DNA of 64,000 nucleotides from Candidatus Marinacidobacterium sp. GTDB taxonomy: Bacteria; Acidobacteriota; Vicinamibacteria; Marinacidobacterales; Marinacidobacteraceae. How positions within the stretch are numbered: position 1 is the first letter of the stretch; every line of letters begins with the position of its first letter. The stretch lies in contig OZ244852.1 of NCBI GenBank assembly GCA_965220965.1, forward strand, positions 1,280,001 to 1,344,000, in the 5' to 3' direction. The notes beneath the pieces were generated by a model that saw nothing but the letters and a program-made list of their open reading frames with translations, was not told where the DNA came from and ran no database searches. Shown here in pieces: positions 46,929-55,436 of this stretch. Position numbers and translations under genes: made by a program.

Positions 46929-48622
46929 TCCGCGTCCCGCTCCGCGCCTCCCCGGAGGCGCCGCCCGAAGGACGCCAGCGCATCCCGGACCAGCGTCCAC
47001 TCGCCGGGGGCGAGCGTCCGCGCGACGAGCGCGAAGACGCCGAGCCCGGCGATACAACCGGCTCCGGTCGCGGCGAGGTCGCTCAGCAGGCCGGCGCCCC
47101 AGGCGTCATGGATCGTCCCGGCGACCGCCCACGCCACCCCTCCGGTCGCAATCGCCACCGGCGCCGCCCGAAGCCCGGCGGCCAGCACCTCGCCGGTGAG
47201 GGCGCGGAACCTGCCGGGACCGCCCGGACCCCGCCGCAGCTTCGGCGTCAGCAGGAGGACGAGCAGGACGACCGATGTCCAGGCGACCGAGACGGTGGCC
47301 AGCGGCAGGCCGAGGTGCCCGAGCTCGAGGGTGACCACCAGCGTCCGGGTGGCGAGCCAGGTGAACCCGGTCCCGAGCACCGCCACCAGCAGCGGCGGGC
47401 GGGTGCTCCCGAGCGCGAAGAAGGCGTCGGTGAGCAGCCGCGTGGCGCCGAAGGCGGGCAGGCCCAGCGCGAACAGCCGCAGGACCCGGGCGACCTCGTT
47501 CGCATCGCTCGCGGTGAAGGCGCCGCGCTGGAAGATGAGCGAAACGAGGGGATCGGCGATCGCGGCGACGCCGGCGGCAGCGGTGAGCGTCAGCAGGAAC
47601 ATCAGCCGGCCGGACTGGGAGAGCACCCGGGAAAACGCCTCCGGGTCGGAGCGCCCGGCGGAGCGCGTCAGCGCCGGGAGGGTGGCGCTCGAGAGCGCCA
47701 CCGCGATCAGGCCGATGGGTAGCTGGGCCAGCCGGTAGGCCATGTAGAACCAGGCGAGCCACGAGGTTCCGGCGGAGGCGAAGTGGCGCGAGACCACGAC
47801 GCTGATCTGCAGGCTGCCGGCGGCGCCGGCGGCGGGCAGGAACAGCCGGCAGACCCGCCGGAACGAGGCGTCCCGGAGGGTCTCCCGCGCGCCGCCGGTC
47901 GGGCCCGGCCGGTAGCCCCGCCCCCGGAACCAGAGAAGCTGGCTGCCCATCTGGGCCAGCCCGCCGAGCGGAACGCCGACCGCGAGGCCCGCCATCGGGT
48001 GGAGCCCGAACCGCGGGGCGATCAGCGCGCCGGCGGCCGCGAAGAAGACCGTCGTGAGGTTGAACAGCGCCGAAGCGACGCCGGGAAGGAAGAACACGCC
48101 GCGCGCCTGGAGGCCCCCCATGTAGAGCGCCGCGAGCGAGGCGAACACGAAGAAGGGGAACATGAGCCGCGTCAGCCAGACGGTCAGCTCGCGCGGCGTG
48201 GAGAGGCCGAACCGGAAGGCCTCCGGGAGCGGACGGTCGAAGGCCTCGCCCGGGAACACGAAGTTCACGAGCTGCGGAGCGAAGACGACGCCCAGCGCGG
48301 TGATCAGCAGCGCCACCGGGAGCACCGCCCGGAAGACGCGGGCGAACAGCACATGCGCCGATTCGCGTCCCTCCCCCTGGTCCACCCGGGCGAACGTCGC
48401 CACGAACGCCTTCGAGAGCGCGCCGTCCCCGAGCAGTTCGCGGAGCGTCGTCGGGAACGTGAAGGCGGCGACGAAGCCGTCAAGCAGGGCGGTGGGGAAC
48501 AGGAAAGCGAGGGTCTGCTCGCGCACCAGCCCGGTGATCCGCGAGACCAGGACCCCGAGGCTCACGGACCCGGCGCGTCGGGCCAGCCGCCGTTCGTCGC
48601 TGGAACCGGGAACCCTCGCCAC
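46925..48622 (-). CDS. murJ: Lipid II flippase MurJ (MviN)
   Basis: SRITGLVRE, AFTFPTTLRELLGDGALSKAFV, YRLAQLPIGL and FQRGAFT; start approximate (GTG 48622). Confidence 0.92.
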   Translation of the reverse strand: MARVPGSSDERRLARRAGSVSLGVLVSRITGLVREQTLAFLFPTALLDGFVAAFTFPTTLRELLGDGALSKAFVATFARVDQGEGRESAHVLFARVFRAVLPVALLITALGVVFAPQLVNFVFPGEAFDRPLPEAFRFGLSTPRELTVWLTRLMFPFFVFASLAALYMGGLQARGVFFLPGVASALFNLTTVFFAAAGALIAPRFGLHPMAGLAVGVPLGGLAQMGSQLLWFRGRGYRPGPTGGARETLRDASFRRVCRLFLPAAGAAGSLQISVVVSRHFASAGTSWLAWFYMAYRLAQLPIGLIAVALSSATLPALTRSAGRSDPEAFSRVLSQSGRLMFLLTLTAAAGVAAIADPLVSLIFQRGAFTASDANEVARVLRLFALGLPAFGATRLLTDAFFALGSTRPPLLVAVLGTGFTWLATRTLVVTLELGHLGLPLATVSVAWTSVVLLVLLLTPKLRRGPGGPGRFRALTGEVLAAGLRAAPVAIATGGVAWAVAGTIHDAWGAGLLSDLAATGAGCIAGLGVFALVARTLAPGEWTLVRDALASFGRRLRGGAERDAE

Positions 48623-48755
48623 GCCGTCTCGCGGGAACTTACCCGAAGCGGTTCCTCTCGCGCCTCTCCCCGCCAGCCGCCGGATCGGACCCCCGATCCG
48701 GCCGCCACCGCGCTCAGGGAAGTCTCGATTGGGGTGATGTAGGATCCCGTTCGCT

Positions 48756-49451
48756 TTGGCGGCCACCTGGATCTCCACCGCGGCGGCGATTGCGGCCGCG
48801 GCGAAGCGGCCGGTTCTTCTCGCCGCCATGGTCGCCGGGGCGGTGTTCGGGGGGACAGCGCCGGCGGAGGCGCAGAGCCACCGGTTCCGGCTCTTCGTAG
48901 GGCCGGGCGTCCAGTTCTTCGCCCGACCCGAACTGAAGCTGGGACGGGGCATCGGCTTCGGCGGCACGGCGGCGATGCGGCTGAACGACAACTGGAGCCT
49001 CGAGTCCGGGCTGTTCTTCGGCCGCTCCAACCGGCGCTACACGGCGGGGGACGATCCGGTCGAGGACGTGATCGCGGAAGCGGCCTACCAGTTCCGGACG
49101 AACCGGTACCACCTCGACGGGTCGCTGGTGCATCACTTCGGCCGCCGCCAGCCCTTCCACACCTACGTCTTCGCGGGGGCCGGGCTGCTTCGCCGGGACG
49201 AGGTCCGGGAGGATCTGATCTACCCCGAGCCGGAAGAGGGCCAGGAATCGCTGACCGGTCTGCGGTTTCCGCTCGGCCACGAGGTCACGCTCCAGACGAC
49301 CGATTACTCCTTCTCGGCGCACCTCGGCGCCGGGTTCGAGGTGTACGTGTTCGACTACCTGTCGGCGGTGGCGGAGTACCGCATCTGGATCCCGGGTGAT
49401 TTCACCTATCGCACCCAGCAGGCGATCGTGGGAGTCAACTACTACCGCTGA
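48756..49451 (+). CDS. Outer membrane beta-barrel protein
   Basis: Signal peptide, amphipathic strands (YVFAGAG, HLGAGFEVY, VAEYR) and an aromatic C-terminus (VGVNYYR). Confidence 0.65.
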   Translation: MAATWISTAAAIAAAAKRPVLLAAMVAGAVFGGTAPAEAQSHRFRLFVGPGVQFFARPELKLGRGIGFGGTAAMRLNDNWSLESGLFFGRSNRRYTAGDDPVEDVIAEAAYQFRTNRYHLDGSLVHHFGRRQPFHTYVFAGAGLLRRDEVREDLIYPEPEEGQESLTGLRFPLGHEVTLQTTDYSFSAHLGAGFEVYVFDYLSAVAEYRIWIPGDFTYRTQQAIVGVNYYR

Positions 49452-49504
49452 GTTCGGCGCCCGGCGCGTTCTTCCACATTTCGGAGCCCAGGATTCGCGC
49501 GGGA

Positions 49505-50035
49505 ATGAACCGGCGCGCCCTCGCCGCCGGGCCGCTCGCAGCGGCGACGGTTCCCCTCTTCGCTTTCTGGGTCCTGCTGTCGGGCAAGCTGGACGCATTC
49601 CATCTCGGTCTGGGCTTCCTGACCGCGATCGTCACCGCCGCAGCCACCCAGCGCATCTACGCGCTCGCCCCCGCCGCCATGTCGGGACGGGACTTCGCCC
49701 GGACCATGCTGCGTCCCCACCGGCTCCTCGGCTATGCGGGCTGGCTGGTGGTCCAGATCTTCCGTTCGGCGGCGCAGGTCGCGCGCATCGTGCTCGACCC
49801 CCGGCTCCCGGTCCGTCCCACCGTCGTGCGGATCGAGGATGACCTTCCCCACCCGGTGGCGCGTCTCACGCTGGCGCACTCCATCACGCTGACTCCCGGC
49901 ACCGTGACCATCGGGTGCGACGAAGACTCGCTCACCGTTCACGCCCTCGATGCGCGCGCCGCCACCTCGCTGGGCGCCGGCGGTGGTCCCATCGCCGACC
50001 GGGTGAAGCGCCTCTACGGCGAAGCCAGCGCGTGA
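49505..50035 (+). CDS. mnhE: Mrp/Mnh Na+/H+ antiporter subunit E
   Basis: FWVLLSG, LAHSITLTPGTVT and LTVHAL. Confidence 0.92.
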   Translation: MNRRALAAGPLAAATVPLFAFWVLLSGKLDAFHLGLGFLTAIVTAAATQRIYALAPAAMSGRDFARTMLRPHRLLGYAGWLVVQIFRSAAQVARIVLDPRLPVRPTVVRIEDDLPHPVARLTLAHSITLTPGTVTIGCDEDSLTVHALDARAATSLGAGGGPIADRVKRLYGEASA

Positions 50036-50065
50036 CAGCCCGTTGAACGAGGCGCCATCGGATCC

Positions 50066-50332
50066 ATGCAGTTGATCCTGGGCGCCTTCGCCGCCGCGCT
50101 GGCGCTCGCCGCCCTCGGCTCGCTGGCGCGCGTGCTGCGCGGGCCCACGCTCTGGGACCGGATCAACGGGCTGGCCCTGATCGGCACGAAGGCGCTCATG
50201 CTCCTCCTGGTCGTGGGGCAGCTCTCGGGACAGCCGGAGATGTTCACCGACATCGCCCTCGCCTACGCCCTGATCGGCTTTCTGGCGATGCTCGCGCTCT
50301 CGAAGTACTTCGAGAAAGAGGACGGCGCTTGA
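50066..50332 (+). CDS. mnhF: Mrp/Mnh antiporter subunit F
   Basis: RVLRGPTLWDR and DIALAYALIGF. Confidence 0.92.
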   Translation: MQLILGAFAAALALAALGSLARVLRGPTLWDRINGLALIGTKALMLLLVVGQLSGQPEMFTDIALAYALIGFLAMLALSKYFEKEDGA

Positions 50333-50691
50333 TCGCCGGACTGACGACTCTGGAGGCGGTGGCCACCGCACTCCTCGCCGGCTCGCTGCTGTTCACGCTG
50401 GCGGCGGTCGTGGGCCTGCTGCGCCTGCCGGACTTCTACACCCGGCTCCACGCGGCGGGAAAGTGCGACACCGCCGGGCTTGCGCTGGCGGTGCTGGCTC
50501 TCGCGCTGCTCTCGGGCGATGTGATCCTCGCCCTCAAGCTCGCGCTGATCTGGGGCGTGCTCGCGATCGGTAATCCGACGGCGACCCATGCGCTCGCCCG
50601 CGCCGCGCGGCGCGCCGGCGTCCCGGTCTGGACCCGTGGCTCCACCGCGAGCGAGCCGGCCGACGCGTCTCCGGGAGATCCCCGCCCATGA
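50329..50691 (+). CDS. mnhG: Mrp/Mnh antiporter subunit G
   Basis: GLLRLPDFYTRLHAAGKCDT and NPTATHALARAA. Confidence 0.92.
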   Translation: MIAGLTTLEAVATALLAGSLLFTLAAVVGLLRLPDFYTRLHAAGKCDTAGLALAVLALALLSGDVILALKLALIWGVLAIGNPTATHALARAARRAGVPVWTRGSTASEPADASPGDPRP

Positions 50692-50945
50692 CGATCGACC
50701 CGGGCGGGCTCATCGGGATCGGGCTGCTCGTCGCCATGCTGGTCACCGGGGTCGCGGCGCTGGTGGTGAACGACCTTCTGGCCGCGGCCTCGCTCTTCGG
50801 GGTGTTCAGCTTCGCCGCCGCCGCGTGGTTCGCGGTCCTCGGGGCGGTCGATGTGGCCTTCACCGAGGCCTGCGTGGGGGGGGCGCTGAGCACGATCCTG
50901 CTGGTCGCCGCCACGTTCCGGACGAACCGGAGGCTGGACCAGTGA
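50688..50945 (+). CDS. Mrp subunit, DUF4040/MbhD-like (stand-alone piece of the MrpA C-terminal region)
   Basis: DLLAAA and LGAVDVAFTEACVGGALST. Confidence 0.85.
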   Translation: MTIDPGGLIGIGLLVAMLVTGVAALVVNDLLAAASLFGVFSFAAAAWFAVLGAVDVAFTEACVGGALSTILLVAATFRTNRRLDQ

Positions 50946-51790
50946 ACTCCGCGGCCGCCCGTCCCGCGCCCGGTCCCTCCCGGCGCCGGCTGGCCGCCGC
51001 GACGGCGGGGCTTGGCGCGTTGTTCGTCGGGCTGGTCGCCGGCGTCGCCGAGCTTCCCCGCGTGGGCGACCCGTCGGCGCCCGCCTCGACCCACCTCTCG
51101 CCCCGCTTCATCGAGCAGGGGCTCGAGGAGACCGGGGCGGCCAACATGGTGACGGCGGTCCTCGCCGACTACCGGGGCTACGACACCCTGGGCGAAGTCG
51201 CGGTCATCTTCGCCGCCGGGCTGGGCGCCTTCGTGATCCTCGCCGCCTCGATCGGCGGCCCGCGCTCGGAGAGCCCCGGCCCCGGCCTGTCCCATCGCCT
51301 CGACAGCCTGCTGCTCGACACCGCGGCGCGCGCCGTCGTCCCGTTCCTGCTGGTCTTCGGGGTCTACGTCGTCATCCATGGACACGTCAGCCCCGGCGGC
51401 GGCTTCCAGGGCGGCGTGCTGTTCGGGCTCGGGCTCGTGGCGCTGCGGCTGGTGTGGGGGCCACCGCAGAGTCCCTCGGACGAGGCCTTCGGCCCCGGGT
51501 TGCGGGCGGCGGTGATCCTCGCTTCGAGCGGGATGCTTGCCTACGTCGGCATCGGTCTGGCCGCCATGGCCTTCGGGGGCGCCTTCCTGGACTACGGGGC
51601 GCTGCCGCTCGGGGACGATCCGGCGCACGTCCGCGAACTCGCCACCCTGGCCATCGAGATCGCGGTGTTCCTCGCGGTCTCGGGGACGGTCGCGGTGCTC
51701 TTCGAGACGATCGCGACCGGCGCGTGGGAGACCGGCGAACCGCTGACGGCGGCCGCGGAAGATCCGTCAGACGGGGGAGAGCGCGGTTGA
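50942..51790 (+). CDS. mnhB: Mrp/Mnh antiporter subunit B (MbhE-like plus MnhB domain fusion)
   Basis: NMVTAVLADYRGYDTLGE and HGHVSPGGGFQGG; GTG start overlaps the upstream stop. Confidence 0.88.
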   Translation: MNSAAARPAPGPSRRRLAAATAGLGALFVGLVAGVAELPRVGDPSAPASTHLSPRFIEQGLEETGAANMVTAVLADYRGYDTLGEVAVIFAAGLGAFVILAASIGGPRSESPGPGLSHRLDSLLLDTAARAVVPFLLVFGVYVVIHGHVSPGGGFQGGVLFGLGLVALRLVWGPPQSPSDEAFGPGLRAAVILASSGMLAYVGIGLAAMAFGGAFLDYGALPLGDDPAHVRELATLAIEIAVFLAVSGTVAVLFETIATGAWETGEPLTAAAEDPSDGGERG

Positions 51791-52161
51791 TCCCGTACGC
51801 CCTCGCCGCCGCCCTCTTCACCATCGGGCTCGGCGGGATGGTCCTGCTGCCGAACCTGATCCGCAAGCTGCTGGCGATGAACGTGATGCAGGTCGCGGTC
51901 ATCGTGTTCTTCGTGGCGCTCTCCTACAAGGACGGCGCCCGGGTCCCGATCCTCGGAGCCGGCGAGACCGGAGCGGTCGCCGAGGCGTTCATGAACCCGC
52001 TGCCGCACACCCTGATGCTCACCGCGATCGTGGTGTCGGTGGCGACCACCGGGCTGGCGCTGGGGCTGCTGATCCGCATCTGGCGGCGGTTCGGGACCCT
52101 GAACGAAGACCGCCTGGTGGCCGAACTCCGACGCGGGGCCGCCGCGAACCCGGATGGCTGA
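51787..52161 (+). CDS. mnhC: Mrp/Mnh antiporter subunit C
   Basis: NLIRKLLAMNVMQ and NPLPHTLMLTAIVV; TTG start. Confidence 0.92.
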   Translation: MIPYALAAALFTIGLGGMVLLPNLIRKLLAMNVMQVAVIVFFVALSYKDGARVPILGAGETGAVAEAFMNPLPHTLMLTAIVVSVATTGLALGLLIRIWRRFGTLNEDRLVAELRRGAAANPDG

Positions 52162-53677
52162 GACGCTCGCCGGGCTGCTCGTCGCGCTGCCGCTCGCCGG
52201 CGCGGCGCTGCTGCCGCTCCTCGCGGCGCTCACCGGCCGCAGCACCCGGTGGCTGGCGTTCATCCTCCACCTCGGCTTCGCGGCGGTGGCGCTGGCGGTC
52301 TTCGCCGCCTCCGCCGGAGGGGAGGCCGTGATCCACCGGATGGGCGGATGGCCGGGGCCCTGGGGCATCGAGCTGCGGCTCGACGGGCTGAGCAGCCTGA
52401 TCGCGCTGCTGGTGGCGGCGATGTCCTGTTTCGTCGCCGCGGCCCCCGCCCCGGTGGACGGGGGGAGCGCCGGCCACCCGGATCGGCGCGTCGGCCCGGT
52501 GCGCGAAGGCCTGCTGCGGGGAGCGCTGTCGCTGCTGGTCGCCGGCCTCATCGGGATCGTCGCGACCCGCGACGTCTTCAATCTGTTCGTCTTCCTCGAG
52601 ATTTCCTCGCTCGCGGGCTACACGCTCATCGCCTCGGGCGGCGGCCGGGCCACGGTGGCCGCCTTCCGCTACCTGATCGCGGGAACCGCGGCGGGCTCGC
52701 TCTACCTGTTCGGCGTGGGGTTCCTCTACGCCCTGACCGGGACGCTGAACATGGACGACCTCGCCGCCCGCCTGCCCACCGTCGAGGCGGACGCGGCGCT
52801 CACGGTCGCGGTGGCGCTCATCGCCGCCGGGCTGGCGATCAAGGCGGCGCTCTTTCCGCTCCACGGATGGCTGCCGGACGCCTATGTCTTCAGCCCGGCC
52901 CCCGCCGCCGGCTTCATCGCCGCGGTCATGGCCAAGGTCAGCGCCTACGCGCTCCTGCGGCTCCTCGGCGAGACGCTCGCCGGGATCCCGGCGGGCGCAG
53001 CGGCGCTCGAGGCGATGCTGTGGCTCGGGGCGCTCGGCGTGATCGCCGGAGGCGCGATCGCGGTGGCCCAGCGGGATGCGCCCCGGATGCTCGCCTGGTC
53101 GAGCGTCTCGGCGATGGGGACGATCCTGCTGGCGGTCGGGATGAACTCGACGCTCGCGCTCACCGGCGCGCTCTTCCACGTGGCGGCCCACGCGCTGGCG
53201 AAGGGCTGCCTGTTCCTCGGCGCGGGCGGCATCGCCGAGGCGCGCGGGACCGGAGACCGACGGGCGTGGGTCGGGCTCGGCGCGCGGGCGCCGTGGACCG
53301 CGATCGCGCTCACGGTCGCGGCGTTCTCGATGATCGGCATTCCTCCGACCGCCGGGTTCGCCTCGAAGTACCTCCTGCTCTCGGCCTCGCTCGCCGAGGG
53401 CGGCGCGCGCGGCGGCGTGGCGTTCGCGGCGCTGGTTCTTTCGAGCCTGCTGGCGGCGATCTACTTCCTCCGGGTTCTGGAGGCGGCGTGGTTCCGCAAG
53501 GAGGCCTCCCGGGAGGGATCGGAACGCCCTGCGCCCCTGCCCCGCTCGCTCAGCGCGCCGATCGTTTCGCTGGCGGCGGTCGTGCTGCTGGTCGGCGTCT
53601 TCGCCTCTCCCTTCCGTGAGCGGATCCTGACCGGCGCGGTCGCCGCCGTCCCCACAGTCGAAGAGGTCGCGCGATGA
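52154..53677 (+). CDS. mnhD: Mrp/Mnh antiporter subunit D (first copy)
   Basis: MGGWPGPWGIE, DVFNLFVFLEI, KAALFPLHGWLPDAY and GIPPTAGFASK. Confidence 0.9.
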   Translation: MAETLAGLLVALPLAGAALLPLLAALTGRSTRWLAFILHLGFAAVALAVFAASAGGEAVIHRMGGWPGPWGIELRLDGLSSLIALLVAAMSCFVAAAPAPVDGGSAGHPDRRVGPVREGLLRGALSLLVAGLIGIVATRDVFNLFVFLEISSLAGYTLIASGGGRATVAAFRYLIAGTAAGSLYLFGVGFLYALTGTLNMDDLAARLPTVEADAALTVAVALIAAGLAIKAALFPLHGWLPDAYVFSPAPAAGFIAAVMAKVSAYALLRLLGETLAGIPAGAAALEAMLWLGALGVIAGGAIAVAQRDAPRMLAWSSVSAMGTILLAVGMNSTLALTGALFHVAAHALAKGCLFLGAGGIAEARGTGDRRAWVGLGARAPWTAIALTVAAFSMIGIPPTAGFASKYLLLSASLAEGGARGGVAFAALVLSSLLAAIYFLRVLEAAWFRKEASREGSERPAPLPRSLSAPIVSLAAVVLLVGVFASPFRERILTGAVAAVPTVEEVAR

Positions 53678-55206
53678 ACGAGATCCCGATCCGGGAGATC
53701 GTGTCGCTGCGGCCGTTTCTCGCCGTCGGGCTGGGATTCGTCGCCGCGGCGCTGATCCTCCTGTCGTCGCGTCGCCCGCGCCTGCGCGAGGGCTGGACCT
53801 TCGCCGCCGGCCTCGGGCAGTTGCTGGTCGCGATCACCCTGATCCCGAACGCGCTGACCGGACAGGAGCTGGTGACGCCGGAACTGCCGCTCCTGCCGGG
53901 GGCGGGCCTTCAGTTCCGCGCCGACGCACTGGGCGTCCTCTTCCTGACGCTGTCCTCGCTGCTGTGGGTCGTGACCTCGCTGTTTTCGGTCTCCTACCTG
54001 CGCGAGCTCAAGATGCGCCACCGGACCGGGTACTTCGCCGCGTTCGCGGCGTCGGTCGCCTCCGCCGCCGGCATCGCGCTGGCGGCCAACCCGCTCACCT
54101 TCCTGATCTGCTTCGAGGCGCTGACGCTCGCGACCTGGCCGCTCGTCGTCCACAAGCGCACCGAGAAGGTCTTCGGCGCGGGACACACCTACCTCGCCTA
54201 CACCCTGTTCGCCGGCCAGTTGCTGTTCGCGGCGGTCGTCTGGGCGGCCTGGCTCGCGCCGGGCGTCGGATTCAGCCCGGGCGGGTTCCTCGCCGGGACG
54301 GCGGGCGACGGGGCGCTGCGACTCCTGTTCGCCATCTTCCTGGTCGGCGTGGGGGTCAAGGCGGCGGTCCTTCCGCTCCACGCCTGGCTCCCCGCCGCGA
54401 TGGTGGCGCCGAGCCCGGTGAGCGCGCTGCTCCACGCGGTGGCGGTGGTCAAGGCGGGGGCCTTCGGAGTGCTCCGGCTGACCGGTTGGGTCTTCGGACC
54501 CGAGCTGATGGCGGAGCTGCGTCTGGACATTCCCCTCGCGATGCTGGCGGGGGCCACGATCCTGTTCGCCTCGCTCCGGGCTCTCGGGGAAGACCACCTG
54601 AAGCGGCGGCTCGCCTACTCCACCGTCAGCCAGCTCAGCTACATCGTGCTCGGGGCCGCCCTCGGGACCACGCTCTCGATCGCGGGGGCGGCCTTCCACA
54701 TCGTGGCGCACGGCTTCACCAAGATCTCGCTGTTCCTGAGCGCCGGGGTGATCCAGGTCGCCACCGGCAAGGAGCGGATCTCCGAGCTGCGGGGGCTGGG
54801 CCGGCGCCTGCCCATCGTGTTCGTGTGCTTCGGGCTCGGCGGCCTGGGCATGGCCGGCGTCCCGCTGATGGCGGGGTTCGTGAGCAAATGGAACCTGGCG
54901 CTCGGGGGCCTGGCGGCCCGCGAGGTGTGGGTTCCGGTCCTGCTGGTGGCGAGCGGCGTCCTGAACCTCGCCTACTACCTCCCCATCGTGCGAACCGCGG
55001 TCTTCGAACCGGGGGATCCCGGGCCGGTTGCGCGGCCGCCCAACCTGCTCCTGCAGCCCCCGCTCTTCGCGATCCTGTTCGCCATCGCGCTGGGGGTGTG
55101 GCCCAACGCCGGGCTCATGTTCTGGAACCTCGCCAGGATGTCCGCGATGGCCGTCGCTCCCGGCGCCGCCGCGTTCGCAGAGGCGCTTCCGGTGGCTGGA
55201 CCGTGA
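53674..55206 (+). CDS. Mrp subunit D-family protein (second; MrpA/NuoL-like core)
   Basis: CFEALT, WLPAAMVAPSPVSALLHAVAVVKAG, KRRLAYSTVSQLSY and GFVSKW. Confidence 0.88.
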   Translation: MNEIPIREIVSLRPFLAVGLGFVAAALILLSSRRPRLREGWTFAAGLGQLLVAITLIPNALTGQELVTPELPLLPGAGLQFRADALGVLFLTLSSLLWVVTSLFSVSYLRELKMRHRTGYFAAFAASVASAAGIALAANPLTFLICFEALTLATWPLVVHKRTEKVFGAGHTYLAYTLFAGQLLFAAVVWAAWLAPGVGFSPGGFLAGTAGDGALRLLFAIFLVGVGVKAAVLPLHAWLPAAMVAPSPVSALLHAVAVVKAGAFGVLRLTGWVFGPELMAELRLDIPLAMLAGATILFASLRALGEDHLKRRLAYSTVSQLSYIVLGAALGTTLSIAGAAFHIVAHGFTKISLFLSAGVIQVATGKERISELRGLGRRLPIVFVCFGLGGLGMAGVPLMAGFVSKWNLALGGLAAREVWVPVLLVASGVLNLAYYLPIVRTAVFEPGDPGPVARPPNLLLQPPLFAILFAIALGVWPNAGLMFWNLARMSAMAVAPGAAAFAEALPVAGP

Positions 55207-55436
55207 AGCGGATCGCGCTCCTGCTGGGGGTCTTCGGCGCGATCGCCGTCGGCTTCGAGGTCGCCGGACTCCTCGCCGCCAAGGCGCACTACGGCGGGTT
55301 CTGGAACTCGGTCCCGCTCTGGGATCTGGCCTTCGGGATCGTGGGCGGCGGGCTGCTCGCGTTCGTGGCGAGGGGGGTCCTGAAGCCCCGACTGGCGCGC
55401 GCCGAAGACCACTACGACGAGGGGGCCGGAGGATGA
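55203..55436 (+). CDS. Small two-TM membrane protein within the mrp operon
   Basis: 77 aa (VKRIALLLGVF...FWNSVPLWDLAFG...LARAEDHYDE); overlaps both neighbours by 4 bp. Confidence 0.75.
   Translation: MKRIALLLGVFGAIAVGFEVAGLLAAKAHYGGFWNSVPLWDLAFGIVGGGLLAFVARGVLKPRLARAEDHYDEGAGG

Noticed and set aside
50036-50046. CAGCCCGTTGA matching the MITE end, between mnhE and mnhF
   Set aside because: Only 11 bp, with no CTAG flank and no partner repeat; compatible with chance.
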